Shown here: positions 16,348 through 25,884 of the stretch, piece by piece | How positions within the stretch are numbered: position 1 is the stretch's first letter | How the letters are laid out: each line of letters begins with the position of its first letter | Source of the DNA: a virus | Taxonomy: Duplodnaviria; Caudoviricetes | Virus record (IMG/VR): IMGVR_UViG_3300037067_001795 | Span: 9,772-73,771 of that record | Reading direction: 5' to 3' (one strand) | DNA: 64,000 bases | Translations under genes and position numbers: made by a program | The notes under the pieces: model-generated | The model's input: the letters and a program-made list of their open reading frames with translations, nothing else | Told to the model about the DNA's origin: nothing | The model's database searches: none

Positions 16348-17469
16348 CTAGTGATCCTGTTCACGGAGGAAGGCATCGTTGATCATACGTTCGCAGCTAG
16401 CGGCACAACGCGGACAACCGTCTGCCGTATGGGGCCACGCATTAACGTAGCGACGCCACGCTGACGAGAAGGACTCGGTTTGTAGGTCACCGTAAGCGAG
16501 GTGGTCATACTGACGGAAGCTGATGCCTTGACAGGGGAACAGCTTGCCCGTGGCTGCTACTGCGGCGAATAGGAGGCCGTTGTAGCAGAGCGAACCGTTG
16601 TAGGAACTGGCCTCTACGTCACGGAAGCTGATGCGTGATGGGTCGAACCGTGCTGCCTTGGTTGCTGCCTTGATACTACGTTCAGCAGTGATGGCGTCTA
16701 CATACACGTTAGTAAGAAACCATCTGCGGTAGGCTTCCGGAGCACTGGAGGGCATGTAGTCTGTCGTGAAGCGTATGCTCACGGTGTCAGGCAGGCACTG
16801 CATCCACTGAAGCAGATGGGTCAACTGTGCAGAGGTGCCGTTGATACGAGTGACGCGGCAGTTGAGGCGGATGGTCAGGGGGGCATTGCACTCGGATGCC
16901 AGTTCACATAATGAGATGATGTTGCCTTCTTCAGCCTTGATGCCCGGATTCAGGCCCCACACGGGACGACACAGATCTACGTACGTGAGCAGATCGTGCG
17001 TACACTTGGAGATGGTCACGTAGGAGCCGCTTGTAGGTGAGGCGAGGGCTGCTGCCACGATAGCTTGGCGTACGGCTGGCGTTAGGCCAAGACCGTAGGT
17101 GTGCAGCTTGACGCCCCAGTGTGGCCCGCCTTCCTGAAGAAAATGGCAGAGCAGGTCAGCGTTCGTAGACGGGTCGCTGTAAGTACCCGACAGCACTACG
17201 GAAGGAACCTGCATCTCTATGAGGTCGTCTATGAGGCTGTCGTAGTGCTGTCGGGTGAGGGATCCGTATTCACGGTGGAATTGGCCATGGCAGTCCACAC
17301 AACGCTGTAAACACACGGGCGAGCCTAGTAGAGCAGGATGCACTTCCACTTGGTAGGGCCTACACGGTGGCGGGCCATTGCCGCGCACGTAGGCAGACAC
17401 GGCGTCCCAGTAGCCTCGGCTCCGTTGCTTGAACTCGCTGGCGTAGTCGTTGTGTTGATAGGCTGTCAT
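16348..17469 (-). CDS. Radical SAM enzyme with SPASM/twitch domain
   Basis: CLQRCVDC (CxxxCxxC); C-terminal CYNG...GKLFPC...CPRC. Confidence 0.85.
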   Translation of the reverse strand: MTAYQHNDYASEFKQRSRGYWDAVSAYVRGNGPPPCRPYQVEVHPALLGSPVCLQRCVDCHGQFHREYGSLTRQHYDSLIDDLIEMQVPSVVLSGTYSDPSTNADLLCHFLQEGGPHWGVKLHTYGLGLTPAVRQAIVAAALASPTSGSYVTISKCTHDLLTYVDLCRPVWGLNPGIKAEEGNIISLCELASECNAPLTIRLNCRVTRINGTSAQLTHLLQWMQCLPDTVSIRFTTDYMPSSAPEAYRRWFLTNVYVDAITAERSIKAATKAARFDPSRISFRDVEASSYNGSLCYNGLLFAAVAATGKLFPCQGISFRQYDHLAYGDLQTESFSSAWRRYVNAWPHTADGCPRCAASCERMINDAFLREQDH

Positions 17470-17483
17470 GGCTGCTCCTTCAG

Positions 17484-18101
17484 TCAAGTCTGTTTTCTTC
17501 TAAAGATTACATCGCGGCGGTATCTGTCTTTCTTTGGGCTTAGAAACTCACAATTCCACTCCTTGACTACTTCAAAGCCCAGAGGATCTAAGTAATCCTT
17601 GAATCTGTTGAGCTCAGCCTCCATCCCAAGTTCAGCCGTTTCGATGATCTCGATGTTCATGAGCCGAATACTTCCCCCTTGCAACAAATCTCTTCCGCCG
17701 ACTAGGGCTGGCATCTCACTCCCTTCGATATCCATCCACAAAATCGCATCCTGAAACGGTCCGAAGTAACAGTTCAGCCATTCTAGAGTCACAACTGGAA
17801 CTAGATAAGCTGACCCAGGCATGTCAACCAGTTTTCCCTGACCGATTACGGACAGCCGCATTCCAGACATTTCTACGGCTTGTCCGATGGCCATAGGCAA
17901 CAGCATTCCAGGGAATTGTTCCTGGACCTGATATTGGAATCCCCCTTGATGGGGCTCCAATCCTATGATAGGAACTGATGGGTAGACTTCATGAAAGATT
18001 TGCCCTTCATTGCCATTAGCCGGTCCTGCCAAAATGAAATGGCTCGGTTGAAAGTTGATGTGAGGAAACAGATTCCTAACCTGTCCAGGTTCATAGATCA
18101 T
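17484..18101 (-). CDS. FkbM-family methyltransferase
   Basis: IIGLEP, LPMAIG, VVTLE, ILWMDIEGSEMPALVG. Confidence 0.8.
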   Translation of the reverse strand: MIYEPGQVRNLFPHINFQPSHFILAGPANGNEGQIFHEVYPSVPIIGLEPHQGGFQYQVQEQFPGMLLPMAIGQAVEMSGMRLSVIGQGKLVDMPGSAYLVPVVTLEWLNCYFGPFQDAILWMDIEGSEMPALVGGRDLLQGGSIRLMNIEIIETAELGMEAELNRFKDYLDPLGFEVVKEWNCEFLSPKKDRYRRDVIFRRKQT

Positions 18102-18122
18102 TTGACATTTACTTTCTAATTG

Positions 18123-18926
18123 CTAGACGTAGCCCATCAAGTTTCTCTTCTTCCAGTAGCCGAGATCTTCTGGGTTTGCATACAAACGAGCCCTCCATTC
18201 TCTCTGCCCCCCAATCCCGACAAAAGCATCCCAGATACTGCCACAATCAAGAAAAGTACAATCAGGCATTTCTTTCCAGAGTTCGGATATGATTAGAGCT
18301 GCGCTGAGGCCAGCACAAACGACAAAGACCGTGCAAGGGGCGTAGTTCTGCTTGGATTCCTGCACTACTCGGCTAATCCCTGCAGAATCTAAGTGAAAGT
18401 TAGGACCGTGGATCTCAATAAATCCTGCATAGTTAAGGAAGTCTAACCCGCGCAGTGCCGAGTTCCCAATAATGATCGTTCTTTGATTCTGTAGGCAACT
18501 GATCAAAGGATACAATCCCCCGCGCTCCGCCAGATGATCAGTCACAATATCTCTCTCGTAGAAAGGGAGCCTGTAATCTATTTCGCTTACGAACTCCTCA
18601 ATTCTTCTGGGGATCCCTGCATTATAGAAGTCTGCTAAATCCCACATGCAAGAAGGAACAGCGACAAGAAAATCAGGATCCTTCCGATAGTCCTCAAGAA
18701 CCCTTCGCAGCTTCTGCCCTGTTTCTGCAGTCATTAGTTGTCCAAGCCCGGTCTTCTTGCCTAGATCGTGCGACAGAATGCAAAACCACTCTGCGTCAGA
18801 GAATCCCGGGAATGCAAATGAAATTCCATTGTTGATCCTCTCAATATAGTAATCGATAGTTCGAATTTCAAATTGCATTGAATGCCTCCGGTATAGGGCC
18901 TCTGTATTCTTGTACTCTTGCCCCAC
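18123..18926 (-). CDS. GT-D-fold (DUF1792-like) glycosyltransferase
   Basis: RFSD-like GFSDAE, IIIGN, VCAGLSAALIISEL...FLDCGSIWD. Confidence 0.6.
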   Translation of the reverse strand: MGQEYKNTEALYRRHSMQFEIRTIDYYIERINNGISFAFPGFSDAEWFCILSHDLGKKTGLGQLMTAETGQKLRRVLEDYRKDPDFLVAVPSCMWDLADFYNAGIPRRIEEFVSEIDYRLPFYERDIVTDHLAERGGLYPLISCLQNQRTIIIGNSALRGLDFLNYAGFIEIHGPNFHLDSAGISRVVQESKQNYAPCTVFVVCAGLSAALIISELWKEMPDCTFLDCGSIWDAFVGIGGQREWRARLYANPEDLGYWKKRNLMGYV

Positions 18927-19707
18927 GAGGTAGATTCATACCGGGACTCCAGGTACGAAACATGTCACGAGAGTCGACGTACCATTGGCGACCGTCAACG
19001 ACTCCCTCCCCACGGTTGATGTAGTAGGTATGCTTAGCTTCTCGCATCGCAGGATTGGAAGCGAACGCCATATGAATACAATGTGGCTTATTGAAGGTAG
19101 CCATAGCACCACGTTCATTGCCGACTTCAGGTCGCTGATGATTTGTACTGTAGCGTAGGTCCTTGTTCCAGCGGATACCCTTTGTGTGTCTCATATCCCA
19201 GAAACCCCCAGTGACCTCATATTGGAATAGGGGAGCATAGTCAATGCTCTGCGGATGCCAGATATGTGTAAACTGAAAGCAGAAGTGACGATATTTGCCG
19301 CCACTAACCCGCAATCGTTGGTTGATTGCAGATTGGTCAGATCGCATGTAGAACTCATCAGCGTCAAGGATCATCAGAAACTCAGGTGCAACGTCCAGGA
19401 GTGCGTCAAGGTACTGCTGTCGAGCCTCTATCTTGCCCAGTGCTGGGTTACTGTTGGAACAGAAGCCATAGGGTATGTAGATAATCCTAGGGTCACAGAA
19501 GGCTAGGTCTTGTAGGAATTGTGAGGTACCGTCCACACTGAGGCCCTCGGTAGTTACCATGTGTGGTGATGTGGCAGCATAGACACGGTCTGCAGATTCC
19601 ACGAAGATCCACTTGGTCAGATTGGGCCAATCCTTGTGCTGCTCGTACAGTTTGGGCAGCCACTCCATCTCGTTGAGTACGAGGGTGCATAGAGCTATGC
19701 TAGGCAT
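18868..19707 (-). CDS. Glycosyltransferase family 2-like
   Basis: VLNEMEWL, MILDADEF (DxD), HMAF. Confidence 0.8.
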   Translation of the reverse strand: MPSIALCTLVLNEMEWLPKLYEQHKDWPNLTKWIFVESADRVYAATSPHMVTTEGLSVDGTSQFLQDLAFCDPRIIYIPYGFCSNSNPALGKIEARQQYLDALLDVAPEFLMILDADEFYMRSDQSAINQRLRVSGGKYRHFCFQFTHIWHPQSIDYAPLFQYEVTGGFWDMRHTKGIRWNKDLRYSTNHQRPEVGNERGAMATFNKPHCIHMAFASNPAMREAKHTYYINRGEGVVDGRQWYVDSRDMFRTWSPGMNLPRGARVQEYRGPIPEAFNAI

Positions 19708-20690
19708 TCAAGCGTTTCCTGGTAGATGGGCTTGAGGGCTTCCCACGAGTGAGCCTGAGCCCACTGGCGTCCCTGTAGTGAGAAGGAGGTTATGTCACGA
19801 CCGTACCATGCGTCTATAGATTCTGCTATGGCACGTGGGTCTACGATAGCACGGTCAAACTCCACGGCCTGTGAGTCACAGACGTAGTGGTTCACGGGCA
19901 GCAACGGCTCGCACGGTAGCCACGTGTTAGTGGGGTAGCGGTCAGTGGTCATGACGAGCATGCCGCTCGCGTAGGCCTCCTGAAGCGGAAGGCTCATACC
20001 GTTGTATTGCTCTGCATTGATGAACACATCACACTCAGCAGGGTAGAGGTGGTCGTCGTCAAACTCACCGAACTGGAACTCTACGCGAGGGTTGCCCTTC
20101 TCGGCGTCAAACAACTCGCGGATACGCTTCTCACCCGGTTGGCCACGCACGATCAGCTTGATGGGTGATTGAACATATTGCATGGCTTCTACGAGCTGAG
20201 GTGTTCCCTTAGCAAAGCCTCGTTGACCGTGGCCTGCATTATGGATGAATGTGTGGGCCTTCTCGCGCAGTCGCCACGGAAAGCGATCTACCTCCACGGG
20301 CATCGTCAAGAACTTGGTGTTGTAGAGGCTCTTGTAGTAATCCACATCCAGCAATGAGCCGCATAACACGAGGTCGGGCTTGACGGGTATGGGGAACGGT
20401 GTGTACTCGTAGTTTGGTATCATGACGACCTTGGTGCCCTGTACACGCGATCGCTTGGGTATGTCCCACACGAAGGCGTTCTCAAAGAGTATGAGTACGT
20501 CTAGGCCCTGTAGGAACGCCTTGTACTTCTCACGTGGGAACCTGCGGTCAGCAGGATACCAACTGCTGTAGTTCTGGTAGTGAGGGTGTCGGATGATGAG
20601 GACACGGTTGACCAAGCCAGCCTGATAGAAGGATCGCATAAGGTGCCCTAGACCGCTGTGTACCTCGTAGCCGATCGCACCAACGTTCAT
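19695..20690 (-). CDS. Glycosyltransferase family 4 (GT-B)
   Basis: SGLG, FIHNAG...KGT, EQYNGMSLPLQEAYASGMLVMTT. Confidence 0.85.
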   Translation of the reverse strand: MNVGAIGYEVHSGLGHLMRSFYQAGLVNRVLIIRHPHYQNYSSWYPADRRFPREKYKAFLQGLDVLILFENAFVWDIPKRSRVQGTKVVMIPNYEYTPFPIPVKPDLVLCGSLLDVDYYKSLYNTKFLTMPVEVDRFPWRLREKAHTFIHNAGHGQRGFAKGTPQLVEAMQYVQSPIKLIVRGQPGEKRIRELFDAEKGNPRVEFQFGEFDDDHLYPAECDVFINAEQYNGMSLPLQEAYASGMLVMTTDRYPTNTWLPCEPLLPVNHYVCDSQAVEFDRAIVDPRAIAESIDAWYGRDITSFSLQGRQWAQAHSWEALKPIYQETLECLA

Positions 20691-20691
20691 G

Positions 20692-21603
20692 TTAGAGCCC
20701 TCTGTGCTTGTTAATGACCAGCTCTACGAGGAGCGCCGTGTCAATCCTACTTACTTTACGGAGTGTGTCTGTGAGTTGGCCAATGTCCCCGACCAACGGC
20801 GCAGGCTGCGCACCGACCCCAGTCGTATTGATGGGCAGGTCTGTCTTGAGTATGTCCGCTGCCATCTGCACTAGCTTGCGAGGCGTCATGGGCTTGCCAG
20901 TACAGACTTGCACGTCACACGGTGGAGCCTCTTCCAGTAGGTTGACGGCGTCTACCATGTAGTCGTAGGCGTAGCCTAGGTCTAGGAAGGCTCCTGGATA
21001 ACGGAGTGAGATGTGCTGCTGCTTGCCGCTTGCTACGGCTAGGGCCTGCTCGCACACTTCCTGGAGGAGATAGCCAGAGCTGCGTCGCGGTGAGTCGTGG
21101 TTAAACATGATGCCACACGTGATCCGCAGTCCGTGGACTGCGCGGTAGTGCGTGCAAATCAAGTAGGCCGCATACTTGGCGATCGCGTAGGGGCTCTTAG
21201 GTGCGATCGCGTAGCTGCTGTTCTCATACATGCTGCTGGAACATGGCTGGAACACCTTGATCCTGTCATCTACGTGCCGCACAGCCTCCAGCAAGTTGAT
21301 CACGCCCTTGGTCGTAACGTCAAAGGCGTAGGACGGTAATGTGTAGCTCCATCGTATGTCGTCCTGGTCTGCTTCGTTGAAGATGAGTGACGGTTGCACA
21401 TCGTCGATAATCCGCAGCAGCGAGTTAGGCTCCGTCAGGTCGCCTTGGTGGGGGTGTACACTGCCAAGGCAGTGCTCGATCCGCTGGAGGTTGTTCACAC
21501 TGCTGCGACGGTAGAGGCCGTGCACCTCGTAGCCCTTGGCTAGCAGTATGTCTGCTAAGTAGCTGCCGTCCTGCCCACCGATACCTAAGATGAGTGCCCT
21601 CAC
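20692..21603 (-). CDS. gmd: GDP-mannose 4,6-dehydratase-like SDR
   Basis: ALILGIGGQDGSYLADILLAKGYEVHGLYRRSS, YAIAK, FNHDSPRR. Confidence 0.8.
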   Translation of the reverse strand: MRALILGIGGQDGSYLADILLAKGYEVHGLYRRSSVNNLQRIEHCLGSVHPHQGDLTEPNSLLRIIDDVQPSLIFNEADQDDIRWSYTLPSYAFDVTTKGVINLLEAVRHVDDRIKVFQPCSSSMYENSSYAIAPKSPYAIAKYAAYLICTHYRAVHGLRITCGIMFNHDSPRRSSGYLLQEVCEQALAVASGKQQHISLRYPGAFLDLGYAYDYMVDAVNLLEEAPPCDVQVCTGKPMTPRKLVQMAADILKTDLPINTTGVGAQPAPLVGDIGQLTDTLRKVSRIDTALLVELVINKHRGL

Positions 21604-22877
21604 AGAATGTACTCCTTTCTGAGAAGTGGATGCAATCCACCTTCATAGCCGATTACGTAAGGTCGTGGTAGAGGGACAATGAACTTGCCACCATGTTGGA
21701 TCTGCCATGCCTTCTCGCGTTCTAAGAACTCGCTGATAAAGGCATAGGGCAAGACTAGGAAGTAGTCAGGCTTCTGCTTGCGAGCCTCCTCTTCGCTGTA
21801 GATGGGAATACCCGTGCCTACCGTGACGCGACCCCACTTCTCTGGTGACCGTTCTGCTGCACCTTCAATCATAGATGAGTTGAGGTGGTAATACTGTAGG
21901 ATTACGTTGCCCTTGGTGGAAGCGCCATACACCCAGACGCGTTTACCCTGGGTCAATGCACGGCGCACAAATCTAACAACACGATCCTTATTCAGCTCTA
22001 GTCTAAGGTGAAAGTCACGATAGAACTCTGGATTGTTCAAGGATGACTCCGCCTTGAGGGCTTGCTCTACGCGCAGGTGTGCACCTCGCTTTGGCGCAAC
22101 AGACAAGACGCCACGGTGGCGACAGTAGAGCCGGTAGCTCTGGCCGTTGACGGTGTTGGTTTCTACGTCGATGATTTCCAGTCCGTGCTTCCTGAAAAGA
22201 AATTGCAGGCTCCTGAGAGAATAGAACTCCAAGTGCTCATGGGCGAAGTTGCCCACATCGCCGAGCTCCACCATGTTTTGCAGGCACATGAGCTGAGCCA
22301 CAAACAAGCCGTCGTCGGCAAGGTTCTCAGCGATAGCGGCGATGAATGGGTTCGGGTCCTCCAGGTCATAGAACATGCCGATGGCCGTGATCGCCTTGGC
22401 TGGCTTGCACTTGTAGACGGCAGAGGGCCAGAAGTCGCTGATGAAGGTGTGCACGCCCTTTGCACCCTCTTCAGCCAGATTGGTAGCAGGCTCGACACCC
22501 ACAGTGTGAAGACCTGGGACGGAGTAGGATCGTAAGAGCGTTCCGTCGTTGCTGCCGATGTCCAGCACTACGTCACCAGCACGTAGGTCTACGAGGCCTT
22601 CGATGGTCGCTGTGATGTCCCGTAGGGCTACTCTCATGGTGTCAGTGACGCCGCTACGGTACCAGTAGTGCCGCGTGTAGAGCAGGTCTTGTGGTGCTGT
22701 GTGCCGTAGCTGAACCATCGTGCAGTCGTTGCACAGGTCTAGGGTGATCGGTACTCGCGGGGCCTTGTACACATCAGCAGGCAACGGAAAGTCGTTGACG
22801 TACTGGCTGCCCAGCGAGAACAGAGGGGTCAGATTGTTAGAGTAGCAGGCACGACAGGTAGAACGCTCCGAGATCAT
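21600..22877 (-). CDS. NDP-hexose C-methyltransferase (Methyltransf_13/14)
   Basis: CRAC Zn site, LDIGSNDGTLL, HEHLEFYS, YGASTKGN, VLPYAF. Confidence 0.92.
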   Translation of the reverse strand: MISERSTCRACYSNNLTPLFSLGSQYVNDFPLPADVYKAPRVPITLDLCNDCTMVQLRHTAPQDLLYTRHYWYRSGVTDTMRVALRDITATIEGLVDLRAGDVVLDIGSNDGTLLRSYSVPGLHTVGVEPATNLAEEGAKGVHTFISDFWPSAVYKCKPAKAITAIGMFYDLEDPNPFIAAIAENLADDGLFVAQLMCLQNMVELGDVGNFAHEHLEFYSLRSLQFLFRKHGLEIIDVETNTVNGQSYRLYCRHRGVLSVAPKRGAHLRVEQALKAESSLNNPEFYRDFHLRLELNKDRVVRFVRRALTQGKRVWVYGASTKGNVILQYYHLNSSMIEGAAERSPEKWGRVTVGTGIPIYSEEEARKQKPDYFLVLPYAFISEFLEREKAWQIQHGGKFIVPLPRPYVIGYEGGLHPLLRKEYIL

Positions 22878-23578
22878 TTCAGTAGCTCCAAGGCGTCAAA
22901 GTTTACTCCAGGAAAGTGTTCAGTAGGATTTTGCCAGACGTGACTATTGTTGTCCAGGGTGCTTTGCATGGTACCGATATGCTGCACCAAGGATGGATTG
23001 TGAACGTACTCGTGGATGCCAAACGCCTTCAAGCCAGACACGATGCCGCCGTCTAGGGCCTTCCAGGACCGCTTATTGTTTGCTGATGCAGGCTTGCGGA
23101 TCATGTGCCCGCTCTCCATCAACTTCTGAGCTACGTCACGGTTGAATACTAGGCCCAGTGCGCCTAGCCCACGCTGATTGGAACGGTTCCATCCCGCCTT
23201 GCCCTTCGTGAATGCAAAGTTCTCATGGAAGGTATACAGATTGAGGTAACCGTCCCTTGGGTAGGGTGATTGGCTCAGGTACTCACGCAGGTTGCTGACA
23301 CAGACTACATCGTCCTGAAACATAGCATAGCGGTCAGCCAGTGGGTTGCGCACGTACAGCTCCGCTAAGCCCAGCATGAAATTACCAACGATGCGTAGGG
23401 GCGGTGTGGGGCGACACGTGACCGGTCGTTGGAAGGCGTCGTAGTCGCTAGGGTTATCACATCCGTCGACGAACAGGCGTGGCTCACCGAACCCAGCATC
23501 GCAGAGCGAGTGCAGCGTCTTGGGTAGTGTGGTGTCCTTGCGGGAAGGCACCGTGGTCACACCATAGGCCCACTTCAT
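22874..23578 (-). CDS. Glycosyltransferase family 2/25-like
   Basis: YAMFQDDVV, PSLVQHIG. Confidence 0.7.
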   Translation of the reverse strand: MKWAYGVTTVPSRKDTTLPKTLHSLCDAGFGEPRLFVDGCDNPSDYDAFQRPVTCRPTPPLRIVGNFMLGLAELYVRNPLADRYAMFQDDVVCVSNLREYLSQSPYPRDGYLNLYTFHENFAFTKGKAGWNRSNQRGLGALGLVFNRDVAQKLMESGHMIRKPASANNKRSWKALDGGIVSGLKAFGIHEYVHNPSLVQHIGTMQSTLDNNSHVWQNPTEHFPGVNFDALELLK

Positions 23579-24264
23579 GACTTGAAAATCTCCTCTACCT
23601 TGGCGGCAGCCTCTTCCGGCGGAGTCTCTCCTATGGAGCGTGCCCAGCTAAACAGGCGGTTGAGACGCTCCTTACGTTCAGCACAGCCACACGGGCGACC
23701 CAGCCACGCGTCTACACGGTCATGGGTGATGCCTACCTTGGATAGGGCTGCCTCCAGTACGTCGCCTAGGCCCCTTGACTTTGCTGCCTTGGCCTGCGTT
23801 ATTATGGGGGGTAGCTTTGTCATCTGTTCTCTGTGGGAGGGTCGGCGCATTGCATGGTCTTTCATGGAAACACGTGGATTCCAGTGCGGACAAGTCCACT
23901 CCGCATCGTTCAGCCGCTCCGCCCATTTCCCGACCCAGGTGCACTTTCCGCCGCCCACCCCCGTGCACCGAATTGATTCCTCGACCGGCAGCATCATCCC
24001 GCACTTTGCGTCGCGGCATCGCTGGAGACGGTCAATGCCTGCGGTAGTGAGGCGTCCAAGCACCGGGGAGAATGGACACGCCTGAGTAGGCGTCAGTAAT
24101 CGCACACCGTTATTGCATGAGCAATAAATCGGGAGAATTTTAGGGCGTATTATGAATCCCAGATTTACACACCGATACTCGTTGGGGCCGATTTGTTCTA
24201 TGCATGGTGAATTCACGCAACAACCCCCGTAACTTCTACGCTCTCTGGGGCGTAATCGCGACAT
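23575..24264 (-). CDS. Cys-rich hypothetical protein
   Basis: C-terminal GLGDVLE...GI...CGCAERKERLN motif. Confidence 0.6.
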   Translation of the reverse strand: MSRLRPRERRSYGGCCVNSPCIEQIGPNEYRCVNLGFIIRPKILPIYCSCNNGVRLLTPTQACPFSPVLGRLTTAGIDRLQRCRDAKCGMMLPVEESIRCTGVGGGKCTWVGKWAERLNDAEWTCPHWNPRVSMKDHAMRRPSHREQMTKLPPIITQAKAAKSRGLGDVLEAALSKVGITHDRVDAWLGRPCGCAERKERLNRLFSWARSIGETPPEEAAAKVEEIFKS

Positions 24265-24809
24265 TCGATATCACTGTTGGCATATTTCCACAATGCCAGC
24301 GAGACCTCAAAGCCGCCACAAGCGATATAGTCACCGTTTGCGCCGAGTGGTATAGTGGTTTTATACCATACGTGCGAATAGTTAGATGTAGGTTTTACGA
24401 TAAGCTCCACGTCGCCGCGAACATACGAGTCTCCTCCAACAGTGGTGTTTGTGCACCAGACCCGCAACGTAAAAGCTACATTATTGCCGTTGTAACTCCC
24501 GTTGTATCCTCCCTGGCAGTACGTATCTGGTGATTCGCCGATTATGTACGCCGAACTCGGCTGATCGCGCAAGAGATATGTTCCTGCCGCCGGCCCGCAA
24601 AACGCGTCACTGAACCCAGGCCATGCCAGCGATACCCAAATATCGACATCGCAACAATAACATTCCGTACCGCCCGTAGCTTCGTTGCAGCAGCACGGCA
24701 CCTGTCCCCACTTCTGAATATACCGTCTCGTCGGCAGCACTGGCCGCCTCGGCACAATCACCCCACCAGGCGTGCGTTCCCACAACTCATCTCGTCGAGG
24801 CCGTCTCAT
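24213..24809 (-). CDS. Hypothetical (probable tail-distal) protein
   Basis: Basic N-terminus, CCC cluster, beta-rich C-terminus; follows tail genes. Confidence 0.55.
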   Translation of the reverse strand: MRRPRRDELWERTPGGVIVPRRPVLPTRRYIQKWGQVPCCCNEATGGTECYCCDVDIWVSLAWPGFSDAFCGPAAGTYLLRDQPSSAYIIGESPDTYCQGGYNGSYNGNNVAFTLRVWCTNTTVGGDSYVRGDVELIVKPTSNYSHVWYKTTIPLGANGDYIACGGFEVSLALWKYANSDIECRDYAPESVEVTGVVA

Positions 24810-25468
24810 TAAGTAGCCGTTCCTGTTTGGTTTGTTTCACACGCAAACGGCAGTAGAAACACATATTCATCCGCCGCGAGGGACACGTCTGGGTCTTTGA
24901 TGATGCGGCACGTGACTCCGTTCGCGATCATCTTGCCGGTCGTTATTGACGTTGGAATATCAAATACAGTGATGATTTCGCCGTTTTCGTTTTTGGCAGG
25001 TCCGATCAACAGAATCGCCGAAGCCGAATCGCCCGGCAAAAGATTCTCTGTCAATTCGCACGTGAAGATCTGGAGGCCACTAAGAGCCAACCAATGACCA
25101 AACTTATCCCTTAGGACGGGAAAGAACTGTTCTAGGCACTGATTGCTCACGTTGTAGACATGCTTGAAGCACTCGTCCTGGTTGTCTCCGCCGCACAGGG
25201 GGCGTAGCTCTGGCTCATTTACAACGTCCTCAACGATGCGGTAGATATTGCACTTGGCCTTTCCTGGACGATAGTACAAATCACCGTCAGCCTTGGTAAT
25301 CCCGGGTAGAACACCGACCTGGGGATGAGCAACGTAAACTTCAGGGGCTTGATGTTCATCAATCTCCTGCCTCCGCATAGGCTGCTTAGCTGTGCTGCGG
25401 TAGTCACGAAGCACACGGCTGAGGACTTCAACATCGTTCTCTGTGAGGTAGAATGCTTTGTTGGCCAT
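24809..25468 (-). CDS. Hypothetical tail protein
   Basis: Position in the tail operon. Confidence 0.55.
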   Translation of the reverse strand: MANKAFYLTENDVEVLSRVLRDYRSTAKQPMRRQEIDEHQAPEVYVAHPQVGVLPGITKADGDLYYRPGKAKCNIYRIVEDVVNEPELRPLCGGDNQDECFKHVYNVSNQCLEQFFPVLRDKFGHWLALSGLQIFTCELTENLLPGDSASAILLIGPAKNENGEIITVFDIPTSITTGKMIANGVTCRIIKDPDVSLAADEYVFLLPFACETNQTGTAT

Positions 25469-25471
25469 GGA

Positions 25472-25855
25472 TCACCTAGGAATGGCAGTGAGAGTGTATT
25501 GACCAATGCCTTCCTGGCGACGAATTCGGAGCCGTGTAGCATCGGGCACGGTAAGGCGTTGAGTTTCACTGGGAAGAACGAGCAGTCGATCCATAACAGC
25601 TCCACCAAGGAACATGATCTCAATGGTGCCTTCCTTGGCGTCATTGCAAATAAAGATCATGCTGGGGTCTTTGACCCAGCCCGTGTCGAGAGGCTCCCAT
25701 TCAGTGCTGAGACCCTTGGGAGACTTGCGGGTGTAGACTTGCTCTGTCTCAGTGACTTCTCTGGTGAAGACTGAGTCAATAGCAGTAGGATCGTGGCCCG
25801 CTACCTGATGGTAGACATGCTCAACGACCGTGATACGATTGGTTGTGTTTGGCAT
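25472..25855 (-). CDS. Hypothetical tail protein
   Basis: Position in the tail operon, RBS AAGGAG. Confidence 0.6.
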   Translation of the reverse strand: MPNTTNRITVVEHVYHQVAGHDPTAIDSVFTREVTETEQVYTRKSPKGLSTEWEPLDTGWVKDPSMIFICNDAKEGTIEIMFLGGAVMDRLLVLPSETQRLTVPDATRLRIRRQEGIGQYTLTAIPR

Positions 25856-25884
25856 AGATTGCTCCTTCTATTGCCAGGACAGTG

